From Terracidiphilus sp. (GTDB lineage Bacteria; Acidobacteriota; Terriglobia; Terriglobales; Acidobacteriaceae), in NCBI GenBank assembly GCA_050013775.1, contig JBEKEP010000001.1, positions 2,878 through 66,877 on the forward strand: a stretch of DNA of 64,000 bases, written 5' to 3'. Below the pieces are notes generated by a model. The model was not told the DNA's origin. It made no database searches and worked only from the letters and a program-made list of their open reading frames with translations. Numbering within the stretch: position 1 is the first letter of the stretch; every line of letters begins with the position of its first letter. Made by a program: the position numbers and the translations under genes. This document shows positions 16,625 through 26,737 of the stretch, one piece after another.

Positions 16625-17845
16625 TTAACCCTTCGGATGCGGTTGTTCGGTGACCTTGATCACTTCGACCACTTCCACCGCTTTTTCCCGCAGATCGAGG
16701 TGAATAAACTCCATGTCGAAGACCGACGAGGTCGGTTTTCCCGTCACCTTCCGGTAAAGCGCCCGGCCGCCACCGAAGAACCCGCCCAGCAAAATGGCCG
16801 CTCCACCGCCGATCAGGCTCAGGACGGCAATGCCCATCAGCAGCTTGCTGGTCTTCTCGATATCCGACTGCACCGGCTGCGGAATCGCCGTCATTTCGGC
16901 GTCGTAATGCACGGACTCGATCAAGCGGTGGCTGTCGTCGGGAATGGCATCGCCGCTCACGATCACCACCAGCGGTCCGCTATCCCGCACTTCGAGCGAC
17001 GCGGTATCAGAGTCATTCAGCGGTTTGGGCCATGGTGGCGTCGCCTGGCTGCCGGCCTTCAGATACGCGCGAATCGCGTCCACCTGCGCGTGGGCAATCT
17101 GCGGCGTGGGGTAATCGATCAGCGTGAGCGTGGCCACGCCCGAGGTGAGAGAGTAATTCGCCGTCAGGGTTTCAGCGCCTTTGTCAAACTTGACCAGCGA
17201 TGGCGGCAACACGCCGCCCGCGCCCGCGTAGCCGGCCGGGCCCAGCGCGTAGTGCGTGGTCTGCGGGTCAAGCTGTGCTTTTGGCAGGCTAACAAGGATG
17301 GGCGGAGGCAACGAGCTGCTGCCATAAACCGCAGGCAACTGGCGCGCAATCTCGCGCAATTCGCCTGCCGACTCCGGCCCTATCTGGGAAAACGTGGCGT
17401 CCACGACCGTGGTTCCCACCCAAAACAAAACGCGTTTGTTATCCGACGCCGCGCCGGTGCCGATCTCTTCTTTCGGCCAGCCGTTCTGCCGGTAGTAGCT
17501 GTACGCGCCATAGGCCCCGCTTGCGTCATCGAAGCGCAATGCGCGCAGGCTCAGCGTTTGACCCTCGCGCTTGTAACTGGCCTCGACGGCCGCGTTGAAC
17601 CCATATTCCTTGAGCGCCGCGGCATTGGTTGGATCGGCCTGCGCGGGATCGGTCACCGTTTTCGAGGTTTCAGCCGTCACCCAGCCGTCAAATGCATCGG
17701 GCAAAATGGCCTTGGGCGAAGGCGGAAGCGTGAGGACGGTGGCCGATTTCTTCTCCGCGGCAGTAGGCTGCCCGGCCTGCGCGCACGTCAAAGCCGCGCC
17801 ACATCCGAACGCCGTTACACCGCAAACTATTCCCAACCACCGCAT
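16625..17845 (-). CDS. secreted protein of unknown function with C-terminal TM anchor
   Basis: Start chosen at MRWLGIVCGVTAFGCGAALTCAQA (signal peptide). C-terminal TM is LLMGIAVLSLIGGGAAILLGGFFGG. The long plus-strand ORF opposite (16499..18064) reads as Arg/Gly-rich junk. Confidence 0.65.
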   Translation of the reverse strand: MRWLGIVCGVTAFGCGAALTCAQAGQPTAAEKKSATVLTLPPSPKAILPDAFDGWVTAETSKTVTDPAQADPTNAAALKEYGFNAAVEASYKREGQTLSLRALRFDDASGAYGAYSYYRQNGWPKEEIGTGAASDNKRVLFWVGTTVVDATFSQIGPESAGELREIARQLPAVYGSSSLPPPILVSLPKAQLDPQTTHYALGPAGYAGAGGVLPPSLVKFDKGAETLTANYSLTSGVATLTLIDYPTPQIAHAQVDAIRAYLKAGSQATPPWPKPLNDSDTASLEVRDSGPLVVIVSGDAIPDDSHRLIESVHYDAEMTAIPQPVQSDIEKTSKLLMGIAVLSLIGGGAAILLGGFFGGGRALYRKVTGKPTSSVFDMEFIHLDLREKAVEVVEVIKVTEQPHPKG

Positions 17846-17979
17846 CAAAAACTTCTCACTTCCCCGGGCACGCGCAGCACAAAGCCCCAATCTTCAGGGT
17901 ACACGTTCGCACTACGCCGCTGCCGCGCGCGAAACCTACTCTCTTTTGACACGGAAGCATATAGAAAGGTTCCCGGCGC

Positions 17980-18489
17980 TTACTCGTCTGCGCCAGTCCA
18001 CGGCGTCAGCCGCGGCAGCCAGCGCGGCACATTCTGCTTGAAGCGCAGATACCCGTCGCCGTAGCGCCGGGTGAGCGTGGGTTCTTCGTAAAAGCAGACG
18101 AAGAGGTGCACCAAGAGCCACACGATTGCGAGATAAGCAACCATCGCGCGCCGTTCGAAAAGTATTGCTTCACCGGCCAGAGCGATCAGGATGCCCACGT
18201 ACATGGGATTGCGCACACGACGATAGAAGCCGCTCACCACCAGGTGCTCCGTCGGCGCCGTGGGCACAAGCGTCCCGCGGCCCACAACCACAAAGCGCCG
18301 AATGGATTCAAATGCCGGCGAGACTCCGGCCAGGATGAGCACCGAAGCCAGCAGCATCTGGCCCCACGGTTCGCCGGCCGGAATGCGAAAGTGCGTGATC
18401 CACAACGGCAGATAGACCAACACAAACCCCGGCCCGCCAAAAATGACGAACAGGACAGAGACGATGATGTTGCGACGCGAATTTGCCAT
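17980..18489 (-). CDS. isoprenylcysteine carboxyl methyltransferase (ICMT)/phospholipid methyltransferase family membrane protein
   Basis: 169 aa with multiple TM segments and the motif LVVSGFYRRVRNPMYVGILIALAGEAI. Confidence 0.75.
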   Translation of the reverse strand: MANSRRNIIVSVLFVIFGGPGFVLVYLPLWITHFRIPAGEPWGQMLLASVLILAGVSPAFESIRRFVVVGRGTLVPTAPTEHLVVSGFYRRVRNPMYVGILIALAGEAILFERRAMVAYLAIVWLLVHLFVCFYEEPTLTRRYGDGYLRFKQNVPRWLPRLTPWTGADE

Positions 18490-18641
18490 GCCGGTATGTC
18501 CCGATTAAGATTACGACTTCTCAAGAACAGAGGCTTCATGCGCGCGGCTTCGGCAAACGCGCTGTCGAACCAATTATTCCTTGATCCAACCTTGAGCGCT
18601 TCGCGCGGCGGCAGCGTCGAATCAACAGGAACCCCGAGACC

Positions 18642-19475
18642 ATGAATGGAAAAACTGAAAACATGGGATGCGTCCACTTGCGAATCGCAGCAATTTGGTT
18701 TGCTGCGGCCAGCGCTTTTGCGCAGGGGAATTCGGCGCCCGTCGAAGCACAAAAGGCGCCTGACGGTCTTCCACAATTCGCGGCCGCTTCGGTGCGGCCA
18801 TCCGGCCCAGACAGCCGGGAGCTCAACGGTCTTCGCACCCTCCCCGGCGGCAGGATTATTGGCAAGGGAGTCCGAGCGCAATATCTCATCATGGTGGCGT
18901 TCAACGTCCAGCACTTCCAAATCGCCAGCGCTCCTGTCTGGACTGATTTAGGAACTGGTACGGGATTCGATATCCAGGCTGTACCCCCGTCAGACTCCGC
19001 CTCGGCGCAAGCGAAGCCAGCCTTCTCCGTCGACCCTCCAGATGACGAAGAGTGCCGCATGCTGCAGGCCCTTCTGATCGACAGGTTTCAGTTGAAATAC
19101 CACTTCGAATCCAGGGAGGTCCAGACGTACCTGCTTGAACGCGGCAAGGGCAAGCTCAATCTGCAACCCCCCAAGGACAAGACTGCATATCCCTGGGCCG
19201 GTGGAGACTACCAAACCTGGTATGGCGGGAAAAACATCTCCATGCCCAAGCTGGCCGTACGCCTGAGCGAATGGCTGGAACGTCCTGTGGCCGATCAAAC
19301 GGGACTGAGCGGTTCCTTCGACTTCGAGTACAAGCCCGGCGACGTCGACAACAGCGCTGACATCACGGGGTTCCTTTTCACGGCGATGAAGGCCCTCGGC
19401 CTCGAAATCAAAGCAAGCAAAGGCTCTGTCCAAACCATCGTGATCGATCACATCGAGCGGCCTTCGCCGAATTGA
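18642..19475 (+). CDS. TIGR03435-family (soil-associated, Acidobacteria-expanded) protein
   Basis: 277 aa with a signal peptide, FAAASVRPSGPDS...LRTLPGGRIIGKGVRAQYLIMVAFNV and the C-terminal VIDHIERPSPN, all characteristic of this family as I recall it. Confidence 0.7.
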   Translation: MNGKTENMGCVHLRIAAIWFAAASAFAQGNSAPVEAQKAPDGLPQFAAASVRPSGPDSRELNGLRTLPGGRIIGKGVRAQYLIMVAFNVQHFQIASAPVWTDLGTGTGFDIQAVPPSDSASAQAKPAFSVDPPDDEECRMLQALLIDRFQLKYHFESREVQTYLLERGKGKLNLQPPKDKTAYPWAGGDYQTWYGGKNISMPKLAVRLSEWLERPVADQTGLSGSFDFEYKPGDVDNSADITGFLFTAMKALGLEIKASKGSVQTIVIDHIERPSPN

Positions 19476-19525
19476 GCAGTCGGCGTGCGGCTCAATCGTC
19501 CAAGCTACCCATCGGCATTTCGATA

Positions 19526-19933
19526 TCACCGGAGGTGATGCGGCCACCACAGCGCTACGCCGAGAATCGTGAGCAGCGCGAACGCCAGCGGGAAATAAAA
19601 CGGCGATCCGACGCGATACATGGAAAATGCGTTGATGAGTTCGGCCGGCAATACGAGAACGAGTACGAGCACAAAAACTGAGGGGTCGGGGTTCGGTCCC
19701 GACACGATCACAACGTAGCCGACAGCAACGCCAATGGCGGTGAGCGAGCCTCCGAGGGCACGCAGTAATTCTCTCGTGAGCCTGTGCGCGCCTTCAGTTA
19801 CGCCGCAAATTTTCTTGAGGTTCGATGGAAGCCGAGGAGTGAAGACATCGTAGAGGCCGCCTGCTGTAATGAGAACAGCAGTGAATTCAAGAAGGACGCG
19901 ACCGGAGGTCCACATTTGCTGCTCCTTCGACAA
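19526..19933 (-). CDS. small integral membrane protein, unknown function
   Basis: 135 aa with four hydrophobic segments and high GC3. Confidence 0.5.
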   Translation of the reverse strand: MSKEQQMWTSGRVLLEFTAVLITAGGLYDVFTPRLPSNLKKICGVTEGAHRLTRELLRALGGSLTAIGVAVGYVVIVSGPNPDPSVFVLVLVLVLPAELINAFSMYRVGSPFYFPLAFALLTILGVALWWPHHLR

Positions 19934-19975
19934 TCGTCATCTTAGCAAGCGTGAACAGTTAAACGACTCGGTCGA

Positions 19976-21343
19976 TCACTTTACAAGAGCGGCGAATCCT
20001 ATCGCCGCGCGCCATTCATCGAACGCCGCCAGGGCGCGCTCGCACACGATCCGGTGCCGCTCCTTCTTGTCGCGAATCTTCTTGCGCAATTCTTCTTCCA
20101 GCGGCTCCAGCAAGTCGAAAGTGATGTTCGCCGGCTGAAAGTTCTTCGGATCGGCGTGCGTAATGTAATGCACCAGCGAACCCAGCGCAGTAGCGCGCGG
20201 AACCGGTACAGGCACTTCGCCGCGAGCAATCGCCGCGGCATAAATTCCCACCAGCATCCCCGTGGCGATCGATTCCGTGTACCCCTCAACGCCGCAAACC
20301 TGTCCCGCAAAGGCGAGGCGCTCCTGCGTTTCTCCCTTTAGGAAAAGCGTTTCATCCAGCAGCACCGGCGCGCAGATATACGTGTTGCGATGAATTTGTC
20401 CGTAGCGCAGGAATCGTGCGTTTTCGAGCCCCGGAATCAGTCGCAGCACCCGCGCCTGTTCGCCAAATTTCAGGTGATTCTGGAAACCCACAAGGTTGTA
20501 GCTGTCGGCGCGCAGGTTCTCCTTGCGCAACTGCACCACTGCCCAGGGGTTCTTGCCGGTGCGCGGATCGCGCAGCCCTACTGGCTTCATGGGACCGAAG
20601 CGCAATGTATCGCGCCCGCGCGTGGCCAGCACCTCGATGGGCAGGCAGCCCTCGAAGTATTCCAGCTTCTCCCACTCCTTGCTCTCGGCAGCTTCAGCGG
20701 CCACCAACGCCTCGTAAAAGCAGTCGTACTCCGCGCGATCCATCGGGCAATTGATGTAATCGGCCGTTCCCTTGTCCCAGCGCGCGGCAAAATACACGCG
20801 GCTCATGTCAATCGACTCGGCATCGACAATCGGTGAGATCGAATCGTAAAACGCCAGATGCCCCGCGCCGGTCAGCCGCTCGATCTCTTTGCCGAGCGCG
20901 TCCGACGTCAGCGGTCCCGTCGCAACAATCGTGACCGCCGTTTCGCCGTCCGCCGGTTCCAGGCTCGTCACTTCCTCGCGGATCACGTGAATGCGCGGCT
21001 CAGCTTCAATTGCTTCTGAGATTCGCCGCGAAAACTCCACGCGATCGACGGCCAGCGCGTGGCCCGCTGGCACTGCGCATGTATCCGCAATCGATAAAAG
21101 CGCCGAGCCCGCTCGTCGCATCTCTTGCTTGAGCAGCCACGGCGCCGTATTGGGCGATTCGCTTTTGAGGGAATTCGAGCAAACCAGCTCACCGAAATCC
21201 GTCGTTTGATGAGCAGGGGTCAGGCGCGGCTTTCCGTCCACCATCGCGCGCATTTCGTAGAGATCCACCTCGCAGCCAAGCCGCGCAGCCGTCAGCGCCG
21301 CCTCCGGCCCCGCCAGGCCGCCGCCAATCACGCGAATCCTCAC
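19976..21343 (-). CDS. trmFO: methylenetetrahydrofolate--tRNA-(uracil-5-)-methyltransferase TrmFO
   Basis: FAD motif VIGGGLAGPEAAL, plus LVCSNSLKS and FAGQVCGVEGYTESIATG. I chose the GTG start at 21341-21343, which overlaps the upstream GNAT stop as GTGA. Confidence 0.85.
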   Translation of the reverse strand: MRIRVIGGGLAGPEAALTAARLGCEVDLYEMRAMVDGKPRLTPAHQTTDFGELVCSNSLKSESPNTAPWLLKQEMRRAGSALLSIADTCAVPAGHALAVDRVEFSRRISEAIEAEPRIHVIREEVTSLEPADGETAVTIVATGPLTSDALGKEIERLTGAGHLAFYDSISPIVDAESIDMSRVYFAARWDKGTADYINCPMDRAEYDCFYEALVAAEAAESKEWEKLEYFEGCLPIEVLATRGRDTLRFGPMKPVGLRDPRTGKNPWAVVQLRKENLRADSYNLVGFQNHLKFGEQARVLRLIPGLENARFLRYGQIHRNTYICAPVLLDETLFLKGETQERLAFAGQVCGVEGYTESIATGMLVGIYAAAIARGEVPVPVPRATALGSLVHYITHADPKNFQPANITFDLLEPLEEELRKKIRDKKERHRIVCERALAAFDEWRAAIGFAALVK

Positions 21344-21834
21344 GAAGTGGCTCCCGCACTCCCGGCAAGCCGCTTGATTGCATCGCCGCTCAGCCGCACA
21401 TTGCGCCAATCATCCAGAAACTCGGCGCCCATGGCGGAATAGAAATCGATGGCAGGCGTATTCCAGTCCAGAACCTCCCATTGCAGGCGCTGGCAGCCCT
21501 TTTCCACGGCGAAAGCCGCCACACGTTGCAACAGCGCCTTGCCAATGCCCAGGCCGCGAAACTCCGGCAGCACGAAAAGGTCCTCAAGGTAGATGCCGGG
21601 CCGTCCCTCCCAGGTGGAGTAGTTGTAGAAAAACAGGGCAAAGCCGGCAGGCTGGCCGCCGCGGTCGGCAATCAGGCAGGAATAGAACGGGTTGGGGCCA
21701 AATCCGTCGCGCAGAAGGCCCTCCTCGGTCGCAACCACTGCGTCCGGCGCCCGCTCAAAGGTGGCAAGGGCGCGAATAAAAGCGAGAATCTGTGCGACAT
21801 CTGCCGCGGTTGCACTTCGAATCGACGTTCCCAT
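21340..21834 (-). CDS. GNAT family N-acetyltransferase
   Basis: 164 aa with the acetyl-CoA motif FVLPEFRGLGIGKALLQRV. Confidence 0.8.
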   Translation of the reverse strand: MGTSIRSATAADVAQILAFIRALATFERAPDAVVATEEGLLRDGFGPNPFYSCLIADRGGQPAGFALFFYNYSTWEGRPGIYLEDLFVLPEFRGLGIGKALLQRVAAFAVEKGCQRLQWEVLDWNTPAIDFYSAMGAEFLDDWRNVRLSGDAIKRLAGSAGATS

Positions 21835-22225
21835 GCCCTAATTTTAGGGCCTGCCCCGTCCAGCCCCGCTAACCCCGTTAACTTCGCCAACCCCGCTGTT
21901 TTTACACTGTGATACAGGCCACATGCGCGCCCGCGCCCACCCACTACCATGGGAAGCGGTATCGGCGCGGCGCGTGAAGACTGCGCGACGCAAGGGGCAA
22001 CTCGCGGGCGGGCCTTCTCGTCAAGAAAATGGGGCCGGCGCCGCGACACCCGGCGTACCGGAGCCTGGTTGGCTTAAACCCACTTGTGCAGGGGGCTGTA
22101 TTGGATTTAACGTGGGTCTTGCTCACCAATGCGCTCTGCCGGATGAGTTTCCTCCGCTGCGCCTGGGACTTTGAATTTTTTGAGCTTGCGGGCAATATAC
22201 TTCCCGCCGCTCTCAAGGAGAAAAC

Positions 22226-23410
22226 ATGAAACGCGCTCTTTCACTTTGGCTGGGCCTGGCCGCTGCGGGACTTTTGACCGTGGTTCTCGCGCCCGCACAG
22301 GCGCCGCAAGCGCCCGCTGGAACTACGGGCAAGATTCACGGCAAAGTCATCAATCCCACGGGGCAACCCCAGGGCGGCGGCACGGTGAGTCTCTCCACCG
22401 ACGGCGGTGTCAGCCTCAAGTTCACCTTCCCGGTCGATGACTCCGGCAATTACACCGGAGAAGCGCCCGCGGGAACCTACATGGTGGTTTACCGCGCCGC
22501 CGATACGCCGGCCGGCAAGATGGTCGATTCCATCCGTGGCGTCAAAATCGTTGTCGGGGAGGATACGGCCCAGGACGTCGACATGTCGCGCCAGGAATAC
22601 ATCGACAAGATGACGCCGGACGAGAAGAAGCAGTTGGAAGATTTGAAGAAGGCCAACGCCCAGGCCTTGCAGGCCAACGTCCTCATCAACCAGCTCAATG
22701 CCGATCTGAAGGTCGTTAATCAGGACAAGAAAGACATTGACAACGCAACGGCACTTGCAACCCAGGCCCTGGGCGCCAACGCAGCCAAGGCCGATCTCGC
22801 CAACAAGATCGCCGAGATCAGGACCGCCAAGTACACCGATATCGTAAGCCTTGCGACCAAGGATACAGGCCTCAAGCCGGACGAGGCTCTGCTGTGGAAT
22901 CAGTTGGGCTACGGACAAGCCGGGCTCAAGCAGTACGACGATGCCGTCACGTCATACAAGAAGGCTGTCGATCTTGAGACCGCTTCCAAAAAGCCGCGCA
23001 TGCCCGTCATCGGTCAGGCCCAGGCCGGCTTGGGCGAGTGCTACGCGCGCACCGGCAAGGTTCCTGAGGCCAACGCCGCCTTTGATGCCGCAGCCAAGGC
23101 CGATCCTGCAAACGCGCAACTGTATCTCAAGAACCAGGCGATCATCTTCTTCCAGGAAGGCAATTCGGCTGCGCAGTCTGCTGCGGCGGATGAAGCCATC
23201 AAGGCGGATCCGAACCCGAATGATCCCAACCTCGCCATCCTCTACTACGTCAAGGCGCAGGGGTTGATTATGAGCGCTACCGTCGACGCCAAGGGCCACT
23301 ACGTTCTGCCCCCGGATTGCACAGCCGCCTACAAGAAATATCTGGAATTAGCGCCGCATGGCCAGTTCGCTGCGGACGTGACGGGTATCCTCGCGCAGGC
23401 CGCGAAGTAA
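22226..23410 (+). CDS. secreted carboxypeptidase-regulatory-like domain + TPR protein, paralog A
   Basis: Signal peptide, then GKIHGKVINPTGQPQGGGTVSLSTDGG...GNYTGEAPAGTYMVVY, a coiled-coil region and TPR-like repeats. AAGGAG RBS. Confidence 0.7.
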   Translation: MKRALSLWLGLAAAGLLTVVLAPAQAPQAPAGTTGKIHGKVINPTGQPQGGGTVSLSTDGGVSLKFTFPVDDSGNYTGEAPAGTYMVVYRAADTPAGKMVDSIRGVKIVVGEDTAQDVDMSRQEYIDKMTPDEKKQLEDLKKANAQALQANVLINQLNADLKVVNQDKKDIDNATALATQALGANAAKADLANKIAEIRTAKYTDIVSLATKDTGLKPDEALLWNQLGYGQAGLKQYDDAVTSYKKAVDLETASKKPRMPVIGQAQAGLGECYARTGKVPEANAAFDAAAKADPANAQLYLKNQAIIFFQEGNSAAQSAAADEAIKADPNPNDPNLAILYYVKAQGLIMSATVDAKGHYVLPPDCTAAYKKYLELAPHGQFAADVTGILAQAAK

Positions 23411-23447
23411 AGTCGAAGGACCTCGGCTTTCGGTTAAGCTGATCGCA

Positions 23448-23478
23448 GGGCGTCTGCCACGGCAGACGCCCTTTTTTC
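23448..23478 (+). terminator. rho-independent terminator
   Basis: GGGCGTCTGCC-ac-GGCAGACGCCC followed by TTTTTTCTT. Confidence 0.8.
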
Positions 23479-23513
23479 TTGGAAGGGCTCACCCTCTCTG
23501 GAATCGCCGTACA

Positions 23514-24812
23514 ATGCATTGCATGAGTTTTGCTTTGCGTCTGCATCCCCGCGGCGCGGGTAGCCTCCGTATCGCGATCGGCCTCGTCACCATGTCGATT
23601 GCCGTTTTGGCGCTCGCCCGCGCGGCTGCGCAGCAGGACGCCGGCGCCCCTGTCCAACCATCCGATCAACAAGACGAGGAACGGGACATCGGCTGGATTC
23701 AAGGCCTCGTCACCGGCCCCACAGGCGCGCCCCAGAACGGCGGCATCGTGAGCCTGTCCACCGACGGTGGCGTCACTTTGCGGTATAGCTTTACGGTTTC
23801 CCCAAAGGGCGATTACACCGGCAGAGTGCCCCTCGGCGAGTACACATTGGTTTACCGTTTGCCCGATACGCCGGATGGCAAAGTCGTTGACTTCATCCAT
23901 AGCGTCGTCATTCTGGCCGGAAAGGGCACGACGCAGAATGTCGATATGACGCGCCAGGAGTACCTCGACCGGTTGTCGCCCGAGCAACAAGAGCACCTGC
24001 AGCATATGAAAGAGTCGAACGAAAAAGCCGTGGCCACCAACAACATCATTGCCTCCATCAACGCCGATCTGCACACGGCCAACCAGGACTTCGAGGATGC
24101 AGCGAATGCGCGGGCCACGGCAATCCAAACCCTGGGTTCGACAGCCTCCCCATCGGACGTGGATTCCACGGCCGGCGAAATCAGAGTCTCGAAGTACACC
24201 GAGATCGAATCGCTCATGAGCAAGGCATCCACTGAAATGCCCGACGAAGCTACTGTATGGGTCTATCTGGGGCGCGCCCAGCTGGGGCTCAAAAATTACC
24301 TTGACGCGGAGACCAGCTTCAAAAAAGCAGTTGATCTCACATCGCAGGCCGGAATCACCGGCCCACAGGCCGCTAATGTTGACTCGCAGCTTAGGGGGGC
24401 GGCCAACGCCGGCCTGGGTGAGGTCTACGCCCGGACTCGTATGGTCGACGAAGCCGATGCGTCCGTAGCCGCGGCCATCAAAGCCGATCCCGCCCATGCT
24501 GCCGCGTACCTCCGCAACCTGGCCGTGATCTACTTCCAGGTTGGTAACATCTCGGCGCAAATCGATGCGGCCGACGAGGCCATTAAGGCCAACCCCCAGG
24601 ACGCTGTCCTCTATTTCATCAAGGCCCAGGGACTCTCGGTGAATGCGCCCTTCGATCCCGATACCAATAAACTCAAACTTTCTCCTGAGTGCGTGGCGGC
24701 ATTCAGACAGTACCTGGTGTTGGCCCCCACCGGGCAGTACGCGGCGCGAGTCACCGCCATCCTGCAGAACGCGGCTGGAGATACCGCCGCTAACCCGTCC
24801 GCGGAAAAATAA
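23514..24812 (+). CDS. secreted carboxypeptidase-regulatory-like domain + TPR protein, paralog B
   Basis: Collinear with paralog A (GLVTGPTGAPQNGGIVSLSTDGG...GDYTGRVPLGEYTLVY, VDMTRQEYLDRL, C-terminal PECVAAFRQYLVLAPTGQYAARV). Confidence 0.7.
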   Translation: MHCMSFALRLHPRGAGSLRIAIGLVTMSIAVLALARAAAQQDAGAPVQPSDQQDEERDIGWIQGLVTGPTGAPQNGGIVSLSTDGGVTLRYSFTVSPKGDYTGRVPLGEYTLVYRLPDTPDGKVVDFIHSVVILAGKGTTQNVDMTRQEYLDRLSPEQQEHLQHMKESNEKAVATNNIIASINADLHTANQDFEDAANARATAIQTLGSTASPSDVDSTAGEIRVSKYTEIESLMSKASTEMPDEATVWVYLGRAQLGLKNYLDAETSFKKAVDLTSQAGITGPQAANVDSQLRGAANAGLGEVYARTRMVDEADASVAAAIKADPAHAAAYLRNLAVIYFQVGNISAQIDAADEAIKANPQDAVLYFIKAQGLSVNAPFDPDTNKLKLSPECVAAFRQYLVLAPTGQYAARVTAILQNAAGDTAANPSAEK

Positions 24813-24842
24813 TTCGCGACGCGACGCTCTACAATCCTTTGC

Positions 24843-26126
24843 ATGGGTGGCGACTTGCTCAGTTACACGCAGGCAGCGGCTTTCGTGGCCAAACGCGCGC
24901 AGCGTCTTGTGCGCAGCAAACCGGCGACGGAGCGCGTAACGCTGGCTGCGGCGGCAGGCCGCGTGCTCGCAGAAACCCTCCGCGCCGATAGCGACCAGCC
25001 GCCGTTTGCCCGTTCCACGCGAGACGGTTTTGCCTGCCGCGCTGCGGAAGCCTCTAAGCATCGGCCGCTGGCCATCGCGGGCACAAGCCGCGCAGGCGAT
25101 CCTCCTTCGGGGCCTTTGCCGCGCGGAGCGGCCTGGGAGATCATGACCGGCGCGCCGGTCCCTCGCGGCGCCGACGCGGTCATCATGCTTGAACATGTTG
25201 AGTCTGCCGGATCATCCGCCGCTCCCACCGTCCGCCTTTTGCCGCCACGCACCATCAAGCATGGCGAGAACATAGTGCTTCGCGGCGCGCAGGCGCGCAA
25301 AGGCGACGCGCTGCTGCCCGCAGGAACCCTGATCGACGCCGCGCAGATTGCTCTTGCCGCGTCCTGCGGCCGCGCAGAGCTCAAAGTCTACGCTAGGCCG
25401 CGCGTGGCCATTCTTTCCACGGGCGACGAGCTTGTGCCCATCGCCGCCAAGCCAAAGCCCGGCCAGATTCGCAACTCCAGCGGCGCCATGCTGGCCGCGA
25501 TGGTGGCCGCAGCCGGAGGCGCGCCGTGGATCCTGCCCATCGCGCGCGATACGGCCAGGTCTCTCGACGCCGCGATCGCCCGCGCCGCCAAGGCCGATCT
25601 TCTGCTCATCACAGGCGGCGTCTCCGCAGGCAAGTTCGACCTGGTCGAGCCTGCTCTCGCCCGCGCAGGCGCGCGCTTCCACTTCACCGGAGTGCGCATG
25701 CAGCCGGGCAAGCCGGTGGTGTTTGGAGAGCTGCTCCGCAGCGGCACGAACCCCAACCAAAATGGCCGCTCCATGCAATGGCGCCGCACGCTGTGCTGGT
25801 GGGGGTTGCCGGGAAATCCTGTCTCTTCCGCCGTAACATTTCTGCTGTTTGCCGCGCCGATTCTGGCTGCGCTTGCCGGCCGCATCGATCATGGCCCGCG
25901 CTTTGCTCTCGCGCGTCTCGCCGAGGACGTGAAAACCAAACCAGGCCTGACTAGGTTTCTGCCTGCCGCGTGCACCTTTTCCGGCCCCATGCCAGAAGTG
26001 AAACTCGTCGCGTGGCAAGGTTCCGGCGATCTCGCTGCCATGGCGCTCGCGAACTGCTATCTGGTCGTGCCCGACGAATGCGACTCGCTCGCAGCAGGCG
26101 CAACGGTCAACATTCTTCTGCCCTGA
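24843..26126 (+). CDS. moeA: molybdopterin molybdotransferase MoeA
   Basis: 427 aa with DQPPFARSTRDGFA, PRVAILSTGDEL, ITGGVSAGKFD and MQPGKPVVFG. Confidence 0.85.
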   Translation: MGGDLLSYTQAAAFVAKRAQRLVRSKPATERVTLAAAAGRVLAETLRADSDQPPFARSTRDGFACRAAEASKHRPLAIAGTSRAGDPPSGPLPRGAAWEIMTGAPVPRGADAVIMLEHVESAGSSAAPTVRLLPPRTIKHGENIVLRGAQARKGDALLPAGTLIDAAQIALAASCGRAELKVYARPRVAILSTGDELVPIAAKPKPGQIRNSSGAMLAAMVAAAGGAPWILPIARDTARSLDAAIARAAKADLLLITGGVSAGKFDLVEPALARAGARFHFTGVRMQPGKPVVFGELLRSGTNPNQNGRSMQWRRTLCWWGLPGNPVSSAVTFLLFAAPILAALAGRIDHGPRFALARLAEDVKTKPGLTRFLPAACTFSGPMPEVKLVAWQGSGDLAAMALANCYLVVPDECDSLAAGATVNILLP

Positions 26127-26257
26127 GATTGGGGGCTGCGGAAAAGCATTTCAAGAATGGCACGAAGTGTCAGGGCACGACTTTAGTCGTGCCGATGAGT
26201 GCGAGAAAGAAGACGGGGCTTTAGCCCCTGAAGAAAGATTTTTGAACGAGGACTCTC

Positions 26258-26737
26258 ATGCCCAAGTCCACGAAACTTTCGCATTTCGATGCATCCGGCC
26301 GTGCGGCCATGGTCGACGTCGGCGGCAAGCAGCCCACACGCCGCACCGCAACGGCTTCGGCTTTTGTTGCGCTTTCCGCCGCCGTCATCTCTGTGCTGCC
26401 CACGAACCCCAAAGGCAATCCGCTTGAAGTCGCGCGCATTGCCGGCATTCAGGCCGCCAAGCGCACCGCCGAGCTGATTCCCATGTGCCATCCGCTCGCG
26501 CTCACGCACATCGATGTGCAAACGGAACTTGTCGCGGACGGCGTGCGCATCACGGCGACTGCAGCGACGGTCGGACCAACCGGCGTTGAAATGGAAGCGC
26601 TCACCGCGGCCACCATTGCCGCGCTTACGGTCTACGACATGACCAAAGCCCTCGACAAAGCCATCGTCATTCGCGAGATTCGCCTCGAAGCAAAATCCGG
26701 CGGCAAGAGCGGCGATTTTCGGAGGGAAGCGGAGTAA
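26258..26737 (+). CDS. moaC: cyclic pyranopterin monophosphate synthase MoaC
   Basis: 159 aa with [25 protein letters not shown] and [19 protein letters not shown]. Confidence 0.9.
   Translation: MPKSTKLSHFDASGRAAMVDVGGKQPTRRTATASAFVALSAAVISVLPTNPKGNPLEVARIAGIQAAKRTAELIPMCHPLALTHIDVQTELVADGVRITATAATVGPTGVEMEALTAATIAALTVYDMTKALDKAIVIREIRLEAKSGGKSGDFRREAE

Noticed and set aside
16499-18064. 521-aa plus-strand ORF
   Set aside because: It is antisense to the 16625..17845 gene. The translation is Arg/Gly/His-rich low-complexity sequence typical of shadow ORFs in high-GC DNA, whereas the minus-strand product has a signal peptide, a TM anchor and sensible composition.
23277-25196. 639-aa minus-strand ORF
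   Set aside because: It is antisense to the CarboxypepD_reg/TPR paralog B and to the moeA 5' end. It is Arg/Gly-rich junk with no motifs, and the plus-strand genes have clear family signatures.
26127-26257. Moco riboswitch between moeA and moaC
   Set aside because: I could not recognise the conserved Moco-motif sequence blocks. Only two generic hairpins are present, and these are reported as a low-interest finding.
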